Shown here piece by piece: positions 26,833 to 40,348 of a DNA stretch of 64,000 bases. The position numbers and the translations under genes were made by a program. The stretch covers positions 70,434,001 to 70,498,000 of the forward strand of contig NW_024704743.1 in NCBI RefSeq assembly GCF_018977255.1, in the 5' to 3' direction. The notes beneath the pieces are model-generated. The model was not told where the DNA came from. It ran no database searches and was given only the letters and a program-made list of their open reading frames with translations. Source of the stretch: Callorhinchus milii (lineage: Eukaryota). Each line of letters opens with the position of its first letter. Position 1 is the first letter of the stretch.

Positions 26833-27009
26833 CTTTAGCCTGCGCAGCAGAACAATGGGAATATCCAAGAGAAAGCAGTGCCATCTCTACTAGCTGATTA
26901 AACAGCATGTCCTTCCGTACTAGAACAAACTCTGCATGTTCTTCTTTGCTTTCATACTCAATGGGACTTTCAAAATGTTCCACCACACAGAAAACAGGGA
27001 GCATATTTC
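26833..27009 (-). CDS. SATB1: SATB1 exon 3: [59 protein letters not shown] (ULD domain)
   Basis: Splice sites ttgcag|GA and AAAG|gtacat; 177 nt; phase 1 to 1. Confidence 0.97.
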
Positions 27010-28477
27010 CTGCAAACAATAAAAATAAGTTTATGTATTTTAGTACTCTATCACAGATGGGTTGTTTTGCCAGTTCAGGAAAGTACATCACATCAGGTTT
27101 ATGGATGTTTATTATTGTGCTATTGCTTTATAAAATATTGCAAAGTGTAACTTTAGAAAGAAAAACATAACATGGTAAACTACACTAAAGATATATCTGA
27201 ATCATACATTTTAGCATCTCATGAGATCAGGTTGCTCCGATATCTGAAGGTCCCATTTTAGGACGTCAATTTTTTTAAAAAAAACTTTAATTTGCCAACG
27301 ATATTGATCACGAGTTTAGCTATATCAAATGGTAAATAATTTTTTTAAAAAAATTCAGTGAATCAAAAACATTGAGCTATGCACACAATCATGCATTACT
27401 CAAAATTTATATTCTGCCTTTACAAAAGTCACAACTATTATTCAATCAATTCCTTGGAGGAGGATATTAGGTAGAACCACCTAAGTCACATAATGTCATA
27501 TGTTTGGTAGTTTTAAAAAACTGTTTATACAGCACTCAGAACACTGACTAAATATGACATCATTAATTCCCTAACATTTTTTTTCCAAACTGTCATCAAC
27601 TTCCTTCTTTTAAAGTACATAATCTTTTGTGGTCGTTTTACTCCACTACCTCTTCACCATTACTAATACTTGGCTACCATTTCCAACTCCAGCAACTTTA
27701 TAACCTCCCAGTGTGAAAGTAGCAAGTGATGGTCACTGATCAATTCTAAAAATACTCGATGATATAAATACGAAAGGCAGCATAAAGCTTTCACATTAAG
27801 TTTATGAGTCTATGTAAACAACACATCGGCTGTAAGAAGTAATCAAGTGTGTAGAATCCTTGTCTAAAACTGAACTGGCATCACAGTCTGCGAATATCAT
27901 ATAATACCAGAGACAGCTGAAATCTTCTATTCAGGAATTTATGGCACTTATAACTTTTCAAGGATCATAAGACCTTTTGATTCTGCTCCAGTTCCTGATG
28001 GTGGATGTTAATACACTCTATTCAAAAACCACAATAAATTATCATTTTGGTACTTGTAACCTGGCTTCCTTTGTATATATATATAATATATATATACTTG
28101 GCTAACAATCAATAAATAGGGCAATCATAAGCAGAGGCCAAGGAATTTGCTGAAGTGCCTTTTTCCAGTTCTAATAGATAAAGATCTAACAATACAGACT
28201 GCTGTGTCCATTCATTTCATAAATAATACATTCCTTGTTGTCTGCAAACAGAGGAAAAATAAATGATTGTACGATAAATGTTATGGCAGCTCAAACAATA
28301 AACTCTATCCTTCAAACTATTTTATTTTCATAAATATTCTTGTTTGTGAAAGGATTGCATAAATTTGAACCGGGCTGTAAAGGAAAAGTGGATTGATTGC
28401 GAAGCAAATTACCACAGAATCCTGAAGCACCTAGAAATATCTCTACACTAATAAAAATAGGTAGCACACATTGGTAC

Positions 28478-28688
28478 CTTTTTTATTACCGATTTTCATC
28501 AGCTGGCCCGTGTGTTTCAGCGAACCTCCAGTCACTTTTGCACCCATGCTACCCAGTCTGCCTCGGGTGGAAAGACTCCCATTCTGGTCCAAGCGGGGGA
28601 TCTTAGCCGGGGGACCTTTAGGATCAATGTGATTGTTGTTTTTTTCTGAATTCTCCTTCACTTGCAATGTTTCACTGGGATTTTCCAT
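28478..28688 (-). CDS. SATB1: SATB1 first coding exon (exon 2): MENPSETLQ...[16 protein letters not shown]...RGRLGS...KIGNKK, N-terminus with NLS region
   Basis: ATG at 28688. Acceptor ttggtag|GTGATC at 28712 gives 24 nt of 5' UTR. Donor AAG|gtacca follows 28478. 211 coding nt, ends in phase 1. Confidence 0.95.
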
Positions 28689-30394
28689 GCTCACCACCAA
28701 CTCAGAGATCACCTACCAAGTTTAAAGAAAACCACTTCAAGATATTACTGAGGTCAAACTCGACAACAACTATAAAGGTTTCATGTGGAGCGTCCAGATT
28801 AATCTACTGTTAAACTTTTGAAAAGTAGTAAGGCTGTATTCAAAACCTTTTTAAGCATAGTATATCCACGCAGCTGCTTAAAGAAGACAAGATGCAAATT
28901 CTTCAGAACAGGCTTCATGGATATAGGGTGGAATTACGCAAGGATAACTTCATCATCTGGCATTAAGATATACCCTAAATCTGACATATCATTCAGTTTA
29001 ATCACGGTTCATTTCCCCCTAAGTTTTCGGGTCAGAGTTGAGACTCCAGGCCAATAGTGCCCATCGGAAAGCAATGCTCGCATCTCGAAGTGTTCCAATT
29101 TTGACTTGGTACAAGATGATAAATGGTTGCGACCGCGGTTTATAGGTGCCCTTTGCAAGACAACACGATAAACACGAGGGAGAACAACTATGAGCACATG
29201 TTGTTCTTCCTCTGCACTACAGCAAATTTCCTTTTCCATTCAACGCTACGATGAGCCGAGTTCCCCTTTACTAAAAGGCAGACAGATGCATTTTCATCCA
29301 GGTATCACAAGGCTAACAGGCAACACAACCTTGTTCAGCGAATAAAAAAAAGCACCTATCTCACCCTCTCCTCCTCCTCCTCCTCCTTTGATTTGACAAC
29401 TTTCCCCCCTCCCCCCCCTCCCCCCCCCACACACACACACACACACACTATTGCGGTCCCGTGCAATGTGCGAATTCCACTCCAGGATTTCACGTTGACA
29501 TTTTATTTATATTATTATTTATTATTTTTTTTCAGAAAATTTTTATTTCACGAACGACATATCATGATAATATATATAAAGAAAGAAAAGAGAAGGACGG
29601 ACACAGAAACAAACTGTGGGAAGCTCTCCCCGGCTTCACGCACCAACACTCCCCGCCGTGGTATCCCGTCTGGTCTCGCAGGTAACACAAAGTATCGGAA
29701 AAGGAGACGATTGCGTTTCGCAAACAAAACTCACCCACTTCTCTGCGCGGAGCTCAGACACCAAACTTCGAAGACATAGAGAGAAAGAGAGAGAGGGAGA
29801 GAGAGAGACCCCCCCCCAAAAAAAAAAAAAAAAAAATCAAAAAAAAAATTCGCAAACTCTTCACTTCGGGACTCTTCCTGAGAACTAAAAGAGAGCCGCA
29901 CGTTTTTGTGTGTGTGTGTGTGTGTGTGTGGGGTGGGTTTCTGCACTGATACCCCCCCCCCCCCCCACCACCACCCCCTCCCCTCCCCTCCTCTCCTCTC
30001 TCTCTCCCTCTCCACAGAGAGATTGAGGGCAAAAATTTACACCTCCCTCTCACACAATAAACCCCCCCCCAAAAAAAGTCTGTCCTTTTTTTTCCCCCTC
30101 TCCTCCTCCTCCTCCACTACCACCACTGCAAAAAAATAAATAAAAATAAATATCCTTAGATTTGGGGGAAGGCAAAGGGGAGGGGAGGGAGTGTGAAGAG
30201 AGAGAGAGGTTGGAGGAGGAGGTGTTGGGGGTTATGGGGGAGAGAGAGAGAGAGAGACTTGTGATAATTCAAAAAAAAAATTGGAAAAAATAAAACTTGG
30301 GGCTGAAATGTGACAATTTCTTTTTCTTTCAACGCGAGAAAGTCATTGACTTTTGTTTGTTTAAAAGCCCAGAGAGAGAAAAGCTGTGAGTGTA

Positions 30395-30515
30395 GTGTGT
30401 GTGTGTGTGTCTCTCTGTGTGTGTGTGTGTGTGTCTCTGTGTGTGTGTGTGTGTGTGTCTCTCTGTGTGTGTGTGTCTCTGTGTGTGTGTGTCTCTCTGT
30501 GTGTCTGTCTCTCTC
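30395..30515. repeat. Compound (TG)n/(TC)n microsatellite
   Basis: Directly visible alternating gtgtgt and ctct blocks. Confidence 0.95.
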
Positions 30516-30817
30516 AGTCAGGACGGAGCCGAAGCGGCTTCACATTAAATTATTAGTTGCTCCCACAGACACATCACTCCTCTCCTCTTCCTTTCTCCTC
30601 TCCTCTCCCCTCAGTGCTGAGAAAATAAGCCTTCAGAAAACAAGCATCACGTTTCCCTCCCTCCCCTCTCCCCCTCCCTCCCTCCCCTCCCCGTGTGTCT
30701 GTCTGTCTGTCTGTCTGTCTCTCAGGCGCCGGCAGTGCAGTCCGGCTCTGCCATTTTTTGGCTCCCTTTCGATTGCATCACTCCTTGTAACTGTCAGAGC
30801 AAAAAAAAATGTGTTGG

Positions 30818-30932
30818 GGAGGGAGAGAGGGAGAGAGAGGGAGGGAGGGGAGAGGAGAGGAGAGGAGGGAGGGAATAATATATGAAAGAGAGAAAGAGGA
30901 GAGGAGAGAAAGAGAGAGAGAGGGAGAGGAGG
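30818..30932. repeat. Polypurine (GA/GGA-rich) tract
   Basis: Nearly pure A/G run; matching polypyrimidine tracts at ~29950-30013 and ~30575-30692. Confidence 0.9.
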
Positions 30933-33900
30933 ACAATTTCCGGCTGGCGCGCAAGAATTTTTAATCAGCTTGATTACTGTAAGAGGGCTCTGCATTTATT
31001 ACAGATAATAATACCACATGATCAAGTTATTATAGCCCGGGCTCAGCCTCAGGGCTGCAAAGGAAGAGGAGGGAGGAGGGGAGGGGAGGGAGGGAGGGGG
31101 GAGCCAGTCAACAACAAACAGGAGGAGCTTTTTTTTTTAACCCGTCATTGCTGTCACTGACTGACTTGACTGACTGACTTGACTGAGGTTTCCTCAGCGA
31201 ACAGGCGATGGTACAGGGACACCAGAGCCCGGGCTCGCCGTGAGCTGAGGGGTTGGCTGGATCATCGGGAGGCGCTTCAGAGCCAACCTCCTCTTCCTAT
31301 TTCCACCCACTGCACAAACACATCACATCGCAGCAGCAGCAGCAGAGCAGCAACAGCCGGAGATCATATCCCGCACAAGAAGCCAGAGAGCAGGGAAGGG
31401 ATTGAGAGAGAGAGAGAGAGAGAGAATGGATGGTTTGCGCACACAGATCACCTGCACATGGACAGATACACACGCAGACACATCACACACACACACACAC
31501 ATGCAGGCGACAGACATGCCAACAAACACGGGAGGCCAGAGAGCTCGTGTCGTGTCGTGTCGTGTGCAGGAAGAGAGGACACACCAACCAACCACCCGCA
31601 CATGGACACACACTACACGTACGTACGAAACGCGTGCAACGCTCAGACGAAGGCTGAGGGTATGCTTTGCACACGCAAGCTCTGCATTTGTTGGGTTCAG
31701 GCTGTACCTATGTGCCTTCATGTTTATGCATGTGCGCAGGTGGGTATTTAAATTCTGCATTTTCCACCAAAAGCTGTACGCTTGCTGCATTTTTGTGTGT
31801 GTGTGTGTTTTTTTCCCCTAAAACCACTTGCACTCCCATTTGGTACCCTCTTGATGCCATGCATCCTCTTTTAGTCTGTCCACAATGTGCAGTTTGGTCA
31901 GCAAATCCTTTCTGCCACTCAATGCTTGGCTAACAAATGTGCTTTTTCCACAGTGCCAATTTCCTTGCCTCCCACCCCACAGATAGAAGGTTATAGTGTT
32001 ATGCATTGGTAATCATCCAGATACCCAAAGGAAAACTGGCAAAACCCATCCAGTGAAGGTAGGCATGTTCCAAGTAGCTGAAGCTGGGATTAAAGCTCTC
32101 TGACTTCAAAGCTTCAGAAAGAAAGAACTTGCATTCTTTAGCACCTTATCACGTCAAATTTGTTAAAAGCACTTCACAAGTTATTACTGTCAACTGTAGT
32201 GACTTTTTTTTGTCAACAAACGACTATAGTTATGGGTTTGTGTCAGAAATAAGCAGTTTATCATGAAACGTTGCCAGTGGGTATCAGGTAAAATCTCTCA
32301 GGGTTTGGATCTATACGAAAATCTGAGCAAAAACATTAATCACCTTGAGAACCCAACATTTGATTAATATCAGGCAAGTGTGATCACATTGCCTGATAAG
32401 TTTAAGGGAGATATTATTTCTGCCGGATCTTTTGACCAATGGGGCATATTTGTTCAACTAATCTTCAATTCCTTAGACGCATACTGGCGGCCACAGATGA
32501 ATTAGCGAATTAGTCTCCTGATATGTTGCTATGTGAGGGTGATTTTATTTCGATAGCTGCTATTTGACATGTGAGGAAACTCATCACCGTCCTTAAAGGT
32601 ACTATATCACACTCTTATGTACCTGCAAGGACCCACCTCGCTTAGCTAATTTCAGAGAATATTAGGCAAAAGCCAAGGTGTCGGGAGCCCAGAGTGTGCA
32701 TTGGGGGCACTGTAGGAAATTAACCAGCTAAAGTCACATTGCTTTCCATACAGAACACTGAATTTTGTGAGCATTGAGTTTCTGAAGGCTTACCTTTAAA
32801 TAAAAAACATTTACAGAATAATTAGAAGGGTAAAATGAATAACTCATAATAGACTTTGTCTTTAAGCAAGGTAAATCACAAAATGAAGCGCTGTGCCTTT
32901 GAACTTGACTTCATTCATATAGCTTAACCTCATTAAAAAAAACTTAATACAGACCTTTCCTTCAGTCCCAGAAGCAGCCTTATTATAGTCAGCAGAGGAG
33001 CTCAGACCGTAACAAGATGAATCCCAGATAAGAACTCCTTTTATTGGACCCCATGGATTTGTCATAACAAGACTGACTATATACATCATACATAATAAAG
33101 ATATGTGGGCGGCTCATGTCTATTTTATCCACGGATGGATGATAAAATCTGTCAAGTACAACAGTTTCCTTACCCACCTCCCAAATGTCAACAGGAGAGT
33201 TTTTGCAAAGTGGCTCAATTTTGCTTATGTCTACCTGTAGATTCAGATAACTTATTATTCCTATATAAGCTACACTGGAAGCCGGAGCCCCATATCTGAT
33301 TAATACATACAAATACATTCAAGAGATATGGAAATGATTCCATAAGTGACTGGCTTTTGAACTTGCAAACAATGAAGTCATAACCGGTTTATAGAATTAA
33401 GGTCGCATCTGGAATGATTGATTTCAGACACGCATTTCATATGGAAATAGCAGTGCTTGGGTCAATTTAGGTGCTTTTAAAAAAATTTAAGAGATAATTT
33501 ATATCAAGTGTAAAATGTCTTATTTACGTATTCACTCACTTCCACAAAGGCAGAATAAAATAATGCCACAATGCGGTTTCAAAGCTGTTCCATGTGTAGC
33601 CCTGGGTCTTTGCACAATGGAAGTAGCCCTATGTGCCAGTGCATTTGATGATCTTCAATGCCTCAAAGGCCACTTTCAGGATATAAATTAGTGTACATTT
33701 AATCACAGGCAAATAAGTAAAACATGTGGGAAAAATTGGCACTCTTTAACCACCTTAACCTATGTAGGCAGGAGATAGAGTGGGAGTCATTGCACCTGAC
33801 AGACAGAAAACTAGATATTTACAAAGAGACAAAACACCATTTAGTGGAGACAGGAAATAATTACACATAAACATGACATGCCTCAGGCCTGATCTAACAG

Positions 33901-36900
33901 AGTATCCAACTGGCAGTGTGGGCTTCAGCCAAAATGCAAACCTTAACCCCTAGTATTCTGGATACATTGCATTTGACTGTAGCAAGTATAGCCTTGTAAG
34001 CATTCATTTAAAGATTTACCCTTGCAATACGTGTTTAATTCCAAAATGCACAAATGTGCAAATCCATTTATTAATATCGACTATTAATTGAACCTACAAC
34101 AATTAACGTAAAACAATGTGATTTTGCAACATTAATATTGTTCAGTCATGGGTTGTAACACTTATTAATACACACTTAGCTCAAATAAAAATGAAATGAT
34201 TACACACAAGAATATTTTGCCAGAATAAACAACAACCCTTGACCACCCATCCTAATTCCTGGAATTATTGTTATGCAAGTTCTACACAAGAGAGCGAACA
34301 AGAATTGGCATATTAAATTTTGTTTTCCTAAAATTCACATCTGAAGCATTAAGCAATGATAGTTTGAGCTTCTAATTCAGCTTCATCTACAAAGTGCAAT
34401 GCTTAATTAGACACTACATTTTCACTATCGGAAAGATCAATTAAACTCCTCTCCAAAACTTTGGTCTGTTCTATCATAGTTCATCTCAGCCAGTGATGGC
34501 ACAGTGCCTCTGGTTTAAGACAGAAAATAAACCAACATGAGTTCCTGTTCCCGATCACTCCTCTGTACTCCTATCTCCTGACTCCTTTTGCAGGAAAGTG
34601 AACCTATGTGTATAATGGGTCATGACAGTCCTGGGTGCACTAAGTCTTTGAATACCCTATTGCTAATCACTGTTCAAAATCATTAGATGAATGACCATGT
34701 GAGGGAGATACCTGAATCTTGCTGTCATTTGTATCATAAATCAGTGCATTCTGGACAGATGCAGAAAGGGAGAAATTTAGGGGAAAAAACCTTTGCGACT
34801 AAAAGTAAAATTGTATTTGCCATACAAATTTATTATGAGATAAGCCTTTATATTAAACTTTATAAAAGCTTCAGTATTTGTTGACAGTACTGCAATCATT
34901 TTGATATTAGCAAAATAAATATTATGAATAATAAAATCAATTTGGAATCGCAAGAAAAAATGTTCATAGATCACCATCCGAATATGAGGCAAATAAATAG
35001 AAATTTCCACTTTTGTATCACATTTCATGTAGGGAAAAATATAAAAGTGCTTTAAAAAGACTGAGTGGGGAACCTAAGGAGGGATGGAGGTAGCAGGGGG
35101 AGGTGGCCGAGGACACAGTCAAATAGCTTTTTTACAAATTGGGAATGTCCGGCAACACTATTTAAAATAAATAAGAATTGTTCCGCAAAATGTAAGTTTT
35201 TAGGGACATGTGTTTGTCAAAAGGTTCATGTTTACCATGAACAAAACCATGGAGTTTCGCAAAGGAGATGTCAGATTTTTGACCTTTCTGAATTTTTAGG
35301 TCAAAGGCACACTCTCGTTCATGTATGGAATTAAATGTCACTTATATGCTGCAAAATGACTATGTCATATTGCCAATATTTCAGAGAAGCCAAATTATAG
35401 GAATATTATTGGAAAGAAGTTGAGTGTCAAAGGAATGAGCATTCTTTGTCTAACATCTCAATTAGGCACAACAGTCTTCTGAATGCATTCACCTCCTGCA
35501 CAAATAGCATACAGCTCACCCATAATACATATATCAAACTTATCTTTTAACAGTCTGTACTGTACAAAGTCAGCATGTTTAATCCAAGGTTAATCCTTTC
35601 ACAGAGTAAAGGTTTTCTTCATAAAATTGTTGAATTGTGCTTCACCAAGGATCCCTACCTTTCTGTTGCATCTTTCACAAATTAAAGTCAGTGATTAAAA
35701 AAGTGAAATCGCTATTACCTGGTTCTAACTATCAATTGTTTGTTCAACTGATTAAATTGTTTCAAATACTTATTCCATTCAATTACTTTTCCTTTAATCC
35801 TGACAACCCAACAATTTCACCTTTATCATGAGGTCTATTGCAGTACATTTAAAGGCAAGGACGTGCAGAAATATATACACACAGAATCCAAATTTGGATT
35901 TATTTAAATACATTGGAACTGATCCAATTTGGGCTGGGTCAGATTTTAATGTTTTGACATGACCTCTTCCTTTAAACATAATAATCTATTGAACATTTAT
36001 TTTCTGTTTTGCCCCAAAAGCTTTGCACTTCAACCACTGAGCTTGTCAACAAAAAGTTGATAGATTGCATTGTAAACATTTATGCTCATTAAGGCAAAGG
36101 ATTTTAGGGTTGGAAAATATTTTTGAACCTTTAGCAACCAGTGAGTCCCACAGGAAGGAATCCCAGGTCAAGCAGTGGGAATCCCTGCATTCAATCTCTT
36201 CTATTCTCACAGACTGCCCGAATCCCTGAGACAGAGTACCTTAAAATTAAAGGGAGAGAAGATCTTCTTTGCTTAATTTAAACTATATTTAAATCCAATG
36301 CTAAAATATTTTCAATGACACTTATGGTTTGCATCTTTTTTTTGTTAGTTTAGCAAGAGGGTCCCAAATGATTGTGGAAGGACGTACCTATGGAGTTTGG
36401 AGTCTCAGATGTCTCATTGATGAAAGAAGAGAAGGAGGAAGAAAATGAATCTTAGTCTCTGCAATTCCAGTGAGTGAGGGATTAATACCTGGTGGTTATG
36501 TCATTTTTTATGTGCTTAAGAACCTGATGGTTTAGTGATTGCTCTTTGTTCTTGGCTATTTAGTCTTATAAAATACACACTGTATAACAATAGTTTCAGA
36601 CATTAGATCCTCTGAACGCAATTGCAAATCAATCTAATGCTCTATCTTAAATGCCCATTTTGAACAAAGTCGTATAAATTGCATGGATAACCTAGATACA
36701 ATTTGCGTAGTCAGGAACATATACAATAGGCTAGATAACAATACAAATACGTAGTTTGATTTGAAATACATTTAGTCAGACTTTTATAACCAAAACAAAT
36801 ACAGTACTTAACTACAGAGCATAGATGTTGAAAAGATATAAATATGCTAAATTAATTTTTAGTATGAATCTCATCTTTTAGCCCTGTGCTTGTATAAGGA

Positions 36901-37322
36901 ATCGTAATAAGTTACCTCACCTCAAGAAGTTTGAAGTAAAATGATATTGTTACAGTTTAAATCATTATTTGTATATTGGTACATACACCCTTTTGCCTAG
37001 TCTTATCCTGGAAGACTATTTTGTCTCAACATTTAATACCGTACAGAATTGTGGAATCTACTTAAACTCAGTCTTAATACATAAACTAGTTTAAGAACTG
37101 CTGAAGAACAGATTATACATTAAGAGTGAATTTAAGAATTTTTCACAAGTGTGTGTGTTATTAAATTTTAAAACAAAGGCATGTTTGGCTGTCATTAAAC
37201 CACCTGACACTAATAATGCTAGATGTTTTAATGACAACTAAAATGCTTTTAGTCCAGTCTGATTCTCATCTAGTTATTTTTTTGAATGTAAAGTTGTGCT
37301 TATAGAGAAGCCCTGCATTTTA

Positions 37323-37454
37323 GGTGTATAGAGTACAGACATCTAGTGGACTTCTGGTGTATAGAGTGTAGACATCTAGTGGACTTCTGGTGTATAGAGT
37401 ATAGACATCTAGTGGACTTCTGGTGTATGGAGTATAGACATCTAGTGGACTTCT
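37323..37454. repeat. Minisatellite, 4 x 33 bp (GGTGTATAGAGTATAGACATCTAGTGGACTTCT)
   Basis: Units start at 37323, 37356, 37389 and 37422, each within one substitution of the consensus. Confidence 0.97.
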
Positions 37455-39989
37455 AGATGGTTCTACTAATTGTACTCCTGCATGGCGACACTCTCCCCTT
37501 GTGAACTGAATTGAGCACTGAATGTATTCTGAATTGTTTGGGACTATTCCCTGTTGCATGTCTTCACTAAACCCTCTGATGTTATTTGGTATCTGAAGCC
37601 CCACTTTGGAAGTGTGAAGGGTGGAGATGCTTATGGTGCAGACAGCTGAACAGTTTTCTGAGACTCAGGACAACATTGGGCAAATGAAACAGAGCAATAG
37701 CTCAGATTGTTACGAGCCTATGTCACACCTGGTCTAGGTTTGTTTTGTATTAAAGTATAAATCTTCCAGGGATCATTTTGTTGTTTTCCAATCCAATGTA
37801 CTTCAAATAAACTGTACTAACAGCTGTCCATACTAACACCTGTCCCTGTGAATCCTATTTATTTTCTCTGTATTGAAAAAGTATATCGTACTTTTTTTAA
37901 TTCTGTACTCTTTTAATCTGTTTGTTTTATTTCACAGTTTTTCTCATGCTACTAATTTACAGCTTTGATTTGCTTTGTACTTTTTCCCACATTCTTTGTC
38001 TGCACTTTTCATCCTTATTTCACTGACCAGTTTGCCTCTTTTATTCTGATTACAGTATTTTTAATTTTATTGCTGCTCCTTCCACATAGAGTATTGATGT
38101 TTCTCTGTCTGTTTCAGTCTCTTTCTGTGGTAGTATCTGTACAATCTCTTTGCTCAATTACCACAATCTCGAGATCTTGGGCTAGTTCTCAGCCCAAGCA
38201 GTCTCATGTTGTCACAGAATAATATGCTCTGAGCACCTACTGTATTATTTTGCAGAGATTTTACATCTTCGCTGAACTTTAATTAAAATAGAAATGAATG
38301 AGAACAGCCAAAATCAATATCAAATGTTACTCAACAATACCTAAGCTGAGGTCAGTTTTTAGACCAGTTATTAATAGATATTGTATTAGAAGTTATTGCT
38401 GATCAAATTATACATAGATAGATGACAGAAATAGTTTAGTATCTGTTGGTTTAAGGTCTCATTAAATATAGGAATTACAACATGTGTATAAAACCTTATA
38501 AAACATTGTAAATTTACCTGTACTGATTTTGTGCAGGGCCCCCAAGATATCATCTTTCAATCAGTCATAAGATATTACTAAGTGATAAAGTGAACTTTCT
38601 TCTTAAATAGATTTATTTATTTATTTTAAGAACCTATTGAACTTTGAGATAAAAGATTACATTAAATACACAACTTGTAAGAAGATGATTTTGCCACCTT
38701 TTCTTAACATAACTATTATAATAGCATAACATAAATAAACACAATACATATTAAGCTAACCTGCACAAAGTCAGCTTCATAGTTGGAATCAGGGCTATTA
38801 TGAAACTAATATACAGATTTCACGTATGTGTTTGATTGCTTTAAAACTATGGTCTAACAGAGGGCTCAGTCTCTACTATGAAGGGATATCATTTAGTGCT
38901 TCACGATAAATGTTGTTATACCAGGATGCAGAAAAGTACAAGATTCAGGAACCGTAGACAGAAAATGTTCTGCTTCGCACAACACCAAGGACAATTCACC
39001 TTTCCTAGAGATCTTTTTGAGGAGGATCCTTATGTGCAAGAAGATTTCAATAGGTCTCCCAATGGCCCAAGTTTCCTTTTGGCAGGATAGAGAAGAAACT
39101 GCAGGGGACTGGAATGGAGAATGTGACTAACTAGGCTGGGAAGAGAAAGGTGGGTTCAGGGAGATATCACAGCAGCTCGGATGCAGAAATAACCTGAGGC
39201 AGAGAATACAAGGCTGGAAGAAAAGATTGTACCAGAACTGGAACTGAGACAGAATCTGTTGTAGGAGAGCAGAGATTGTGGTGGTTTAAAAACAGCATTA
39301 CAAAGCAATGGGAGAGAAGGGCTTGACCTGAGAGAAGAATTTATTGATCAACATTTCAAATCTGACATCTTTCCTTAAAACATACTGTATTTCACAATAT
39401 GTTAGCACTAACTGTTATATTTCATTTTTGTTTAATATGAGTTAATATGGCTATTATTTTCACATCAGAATTTGAAAGCGCAGGGATTAAACACTAGAAT
39501 ATTGTTCAGGTAGAACATTGAATTTAAGATATATATTTTTAATGTAGCTTAAGGTTAAACATATTATATATAGAGGAATCCATGTATAAATTCAAAGGGT
39601 TATTTAACAATGTAACCTTAGCCAAAATCTTCACAAATGTAATAACATATGGGATGAATATGATAAAATTTTAAAGCAGGAATGGATCACACAAACTTAG
39701 CTGAACACCTATAAAGATCTCAAACTGTTTAGAGTTAACATCCAACTGTCTCTAAATTATTAGGAAGTGAAGACATAGATATGCTGTGTATGATACTGAT
39801 AAAACAGAACCAGAAATATTTCATTAAACACATACACCTCTCCATTAAAATACTTTATCAGAACCAACTTAGATCAATATTTACAAACTGTGTTTGTAAC
39901 ACGTCCGAACAAATGCCACAAAACTATACACAGTACCACCAGTGATTACAGAAATACCTCATTTGATTTAGCAATGGTCAGTAATGTCA

Positions 39990-40317
39990 TGGATGTGGAA
40001 GACGAATGCTCTGAGAGCATCTCCTCCTGTACAGCCAACTTACACAGCGGCGATCCGGCATTCGTGCCAAAAAAAAAAAAGTTTTTTTTTAAAAAGTGTG
40101 ACATTTAACTCAGCCCAAAAAAACACTGCCCTCACCCCCCCCCCCCCCCCCCCTCAAAAAAAAGGAGCTTTCTTTAGATAACGAACTAAAAAGTGTCTTT
40201 TTGCATAGGTCGACTCTCCAACGATACGACGCAACACACTCAAACGTAGCCCTTACAACCAGAACACATTGCACCGAGAGACACAACAACAAGTTCTCCA
40301 CACAGTGTACACGAAAA

Positions 40318-40348
<31 letters not shown>

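Larger units (their letters stand above)
29360..31800 (-). promoter_or_regulatory. SATB1: Proximal SATB1 promoter / non-coding exon 1 region (CpG-containing, microsatellite-rich)
   Basis: CpG and GC content rise sharply 0.7-3 kb upstream of exon 2. Consensus minus-strand donor GAAGTGG|gtgagt with the last exon base at 29735. YY1-like GCCATTTT at ~30750. TSS cannot be placed from sequence. Confidence 0.7.

Noticed and set aside
29393..31933. Many overlapping ORFs of up to 191 aa
   Set aside because: Products of microsatellite and GC-rich sequence (VCVC, ERER, THTH) with no domain signal.
37323..37454. CRISPR-like appearance of 33-bp repeats, and ORF 37320..37604
   Set aside because: Repeats are head-to-tail with no unique spacers, there are no cas genes, and the context is eukaryotic. 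The ORF is just the repeat translated.
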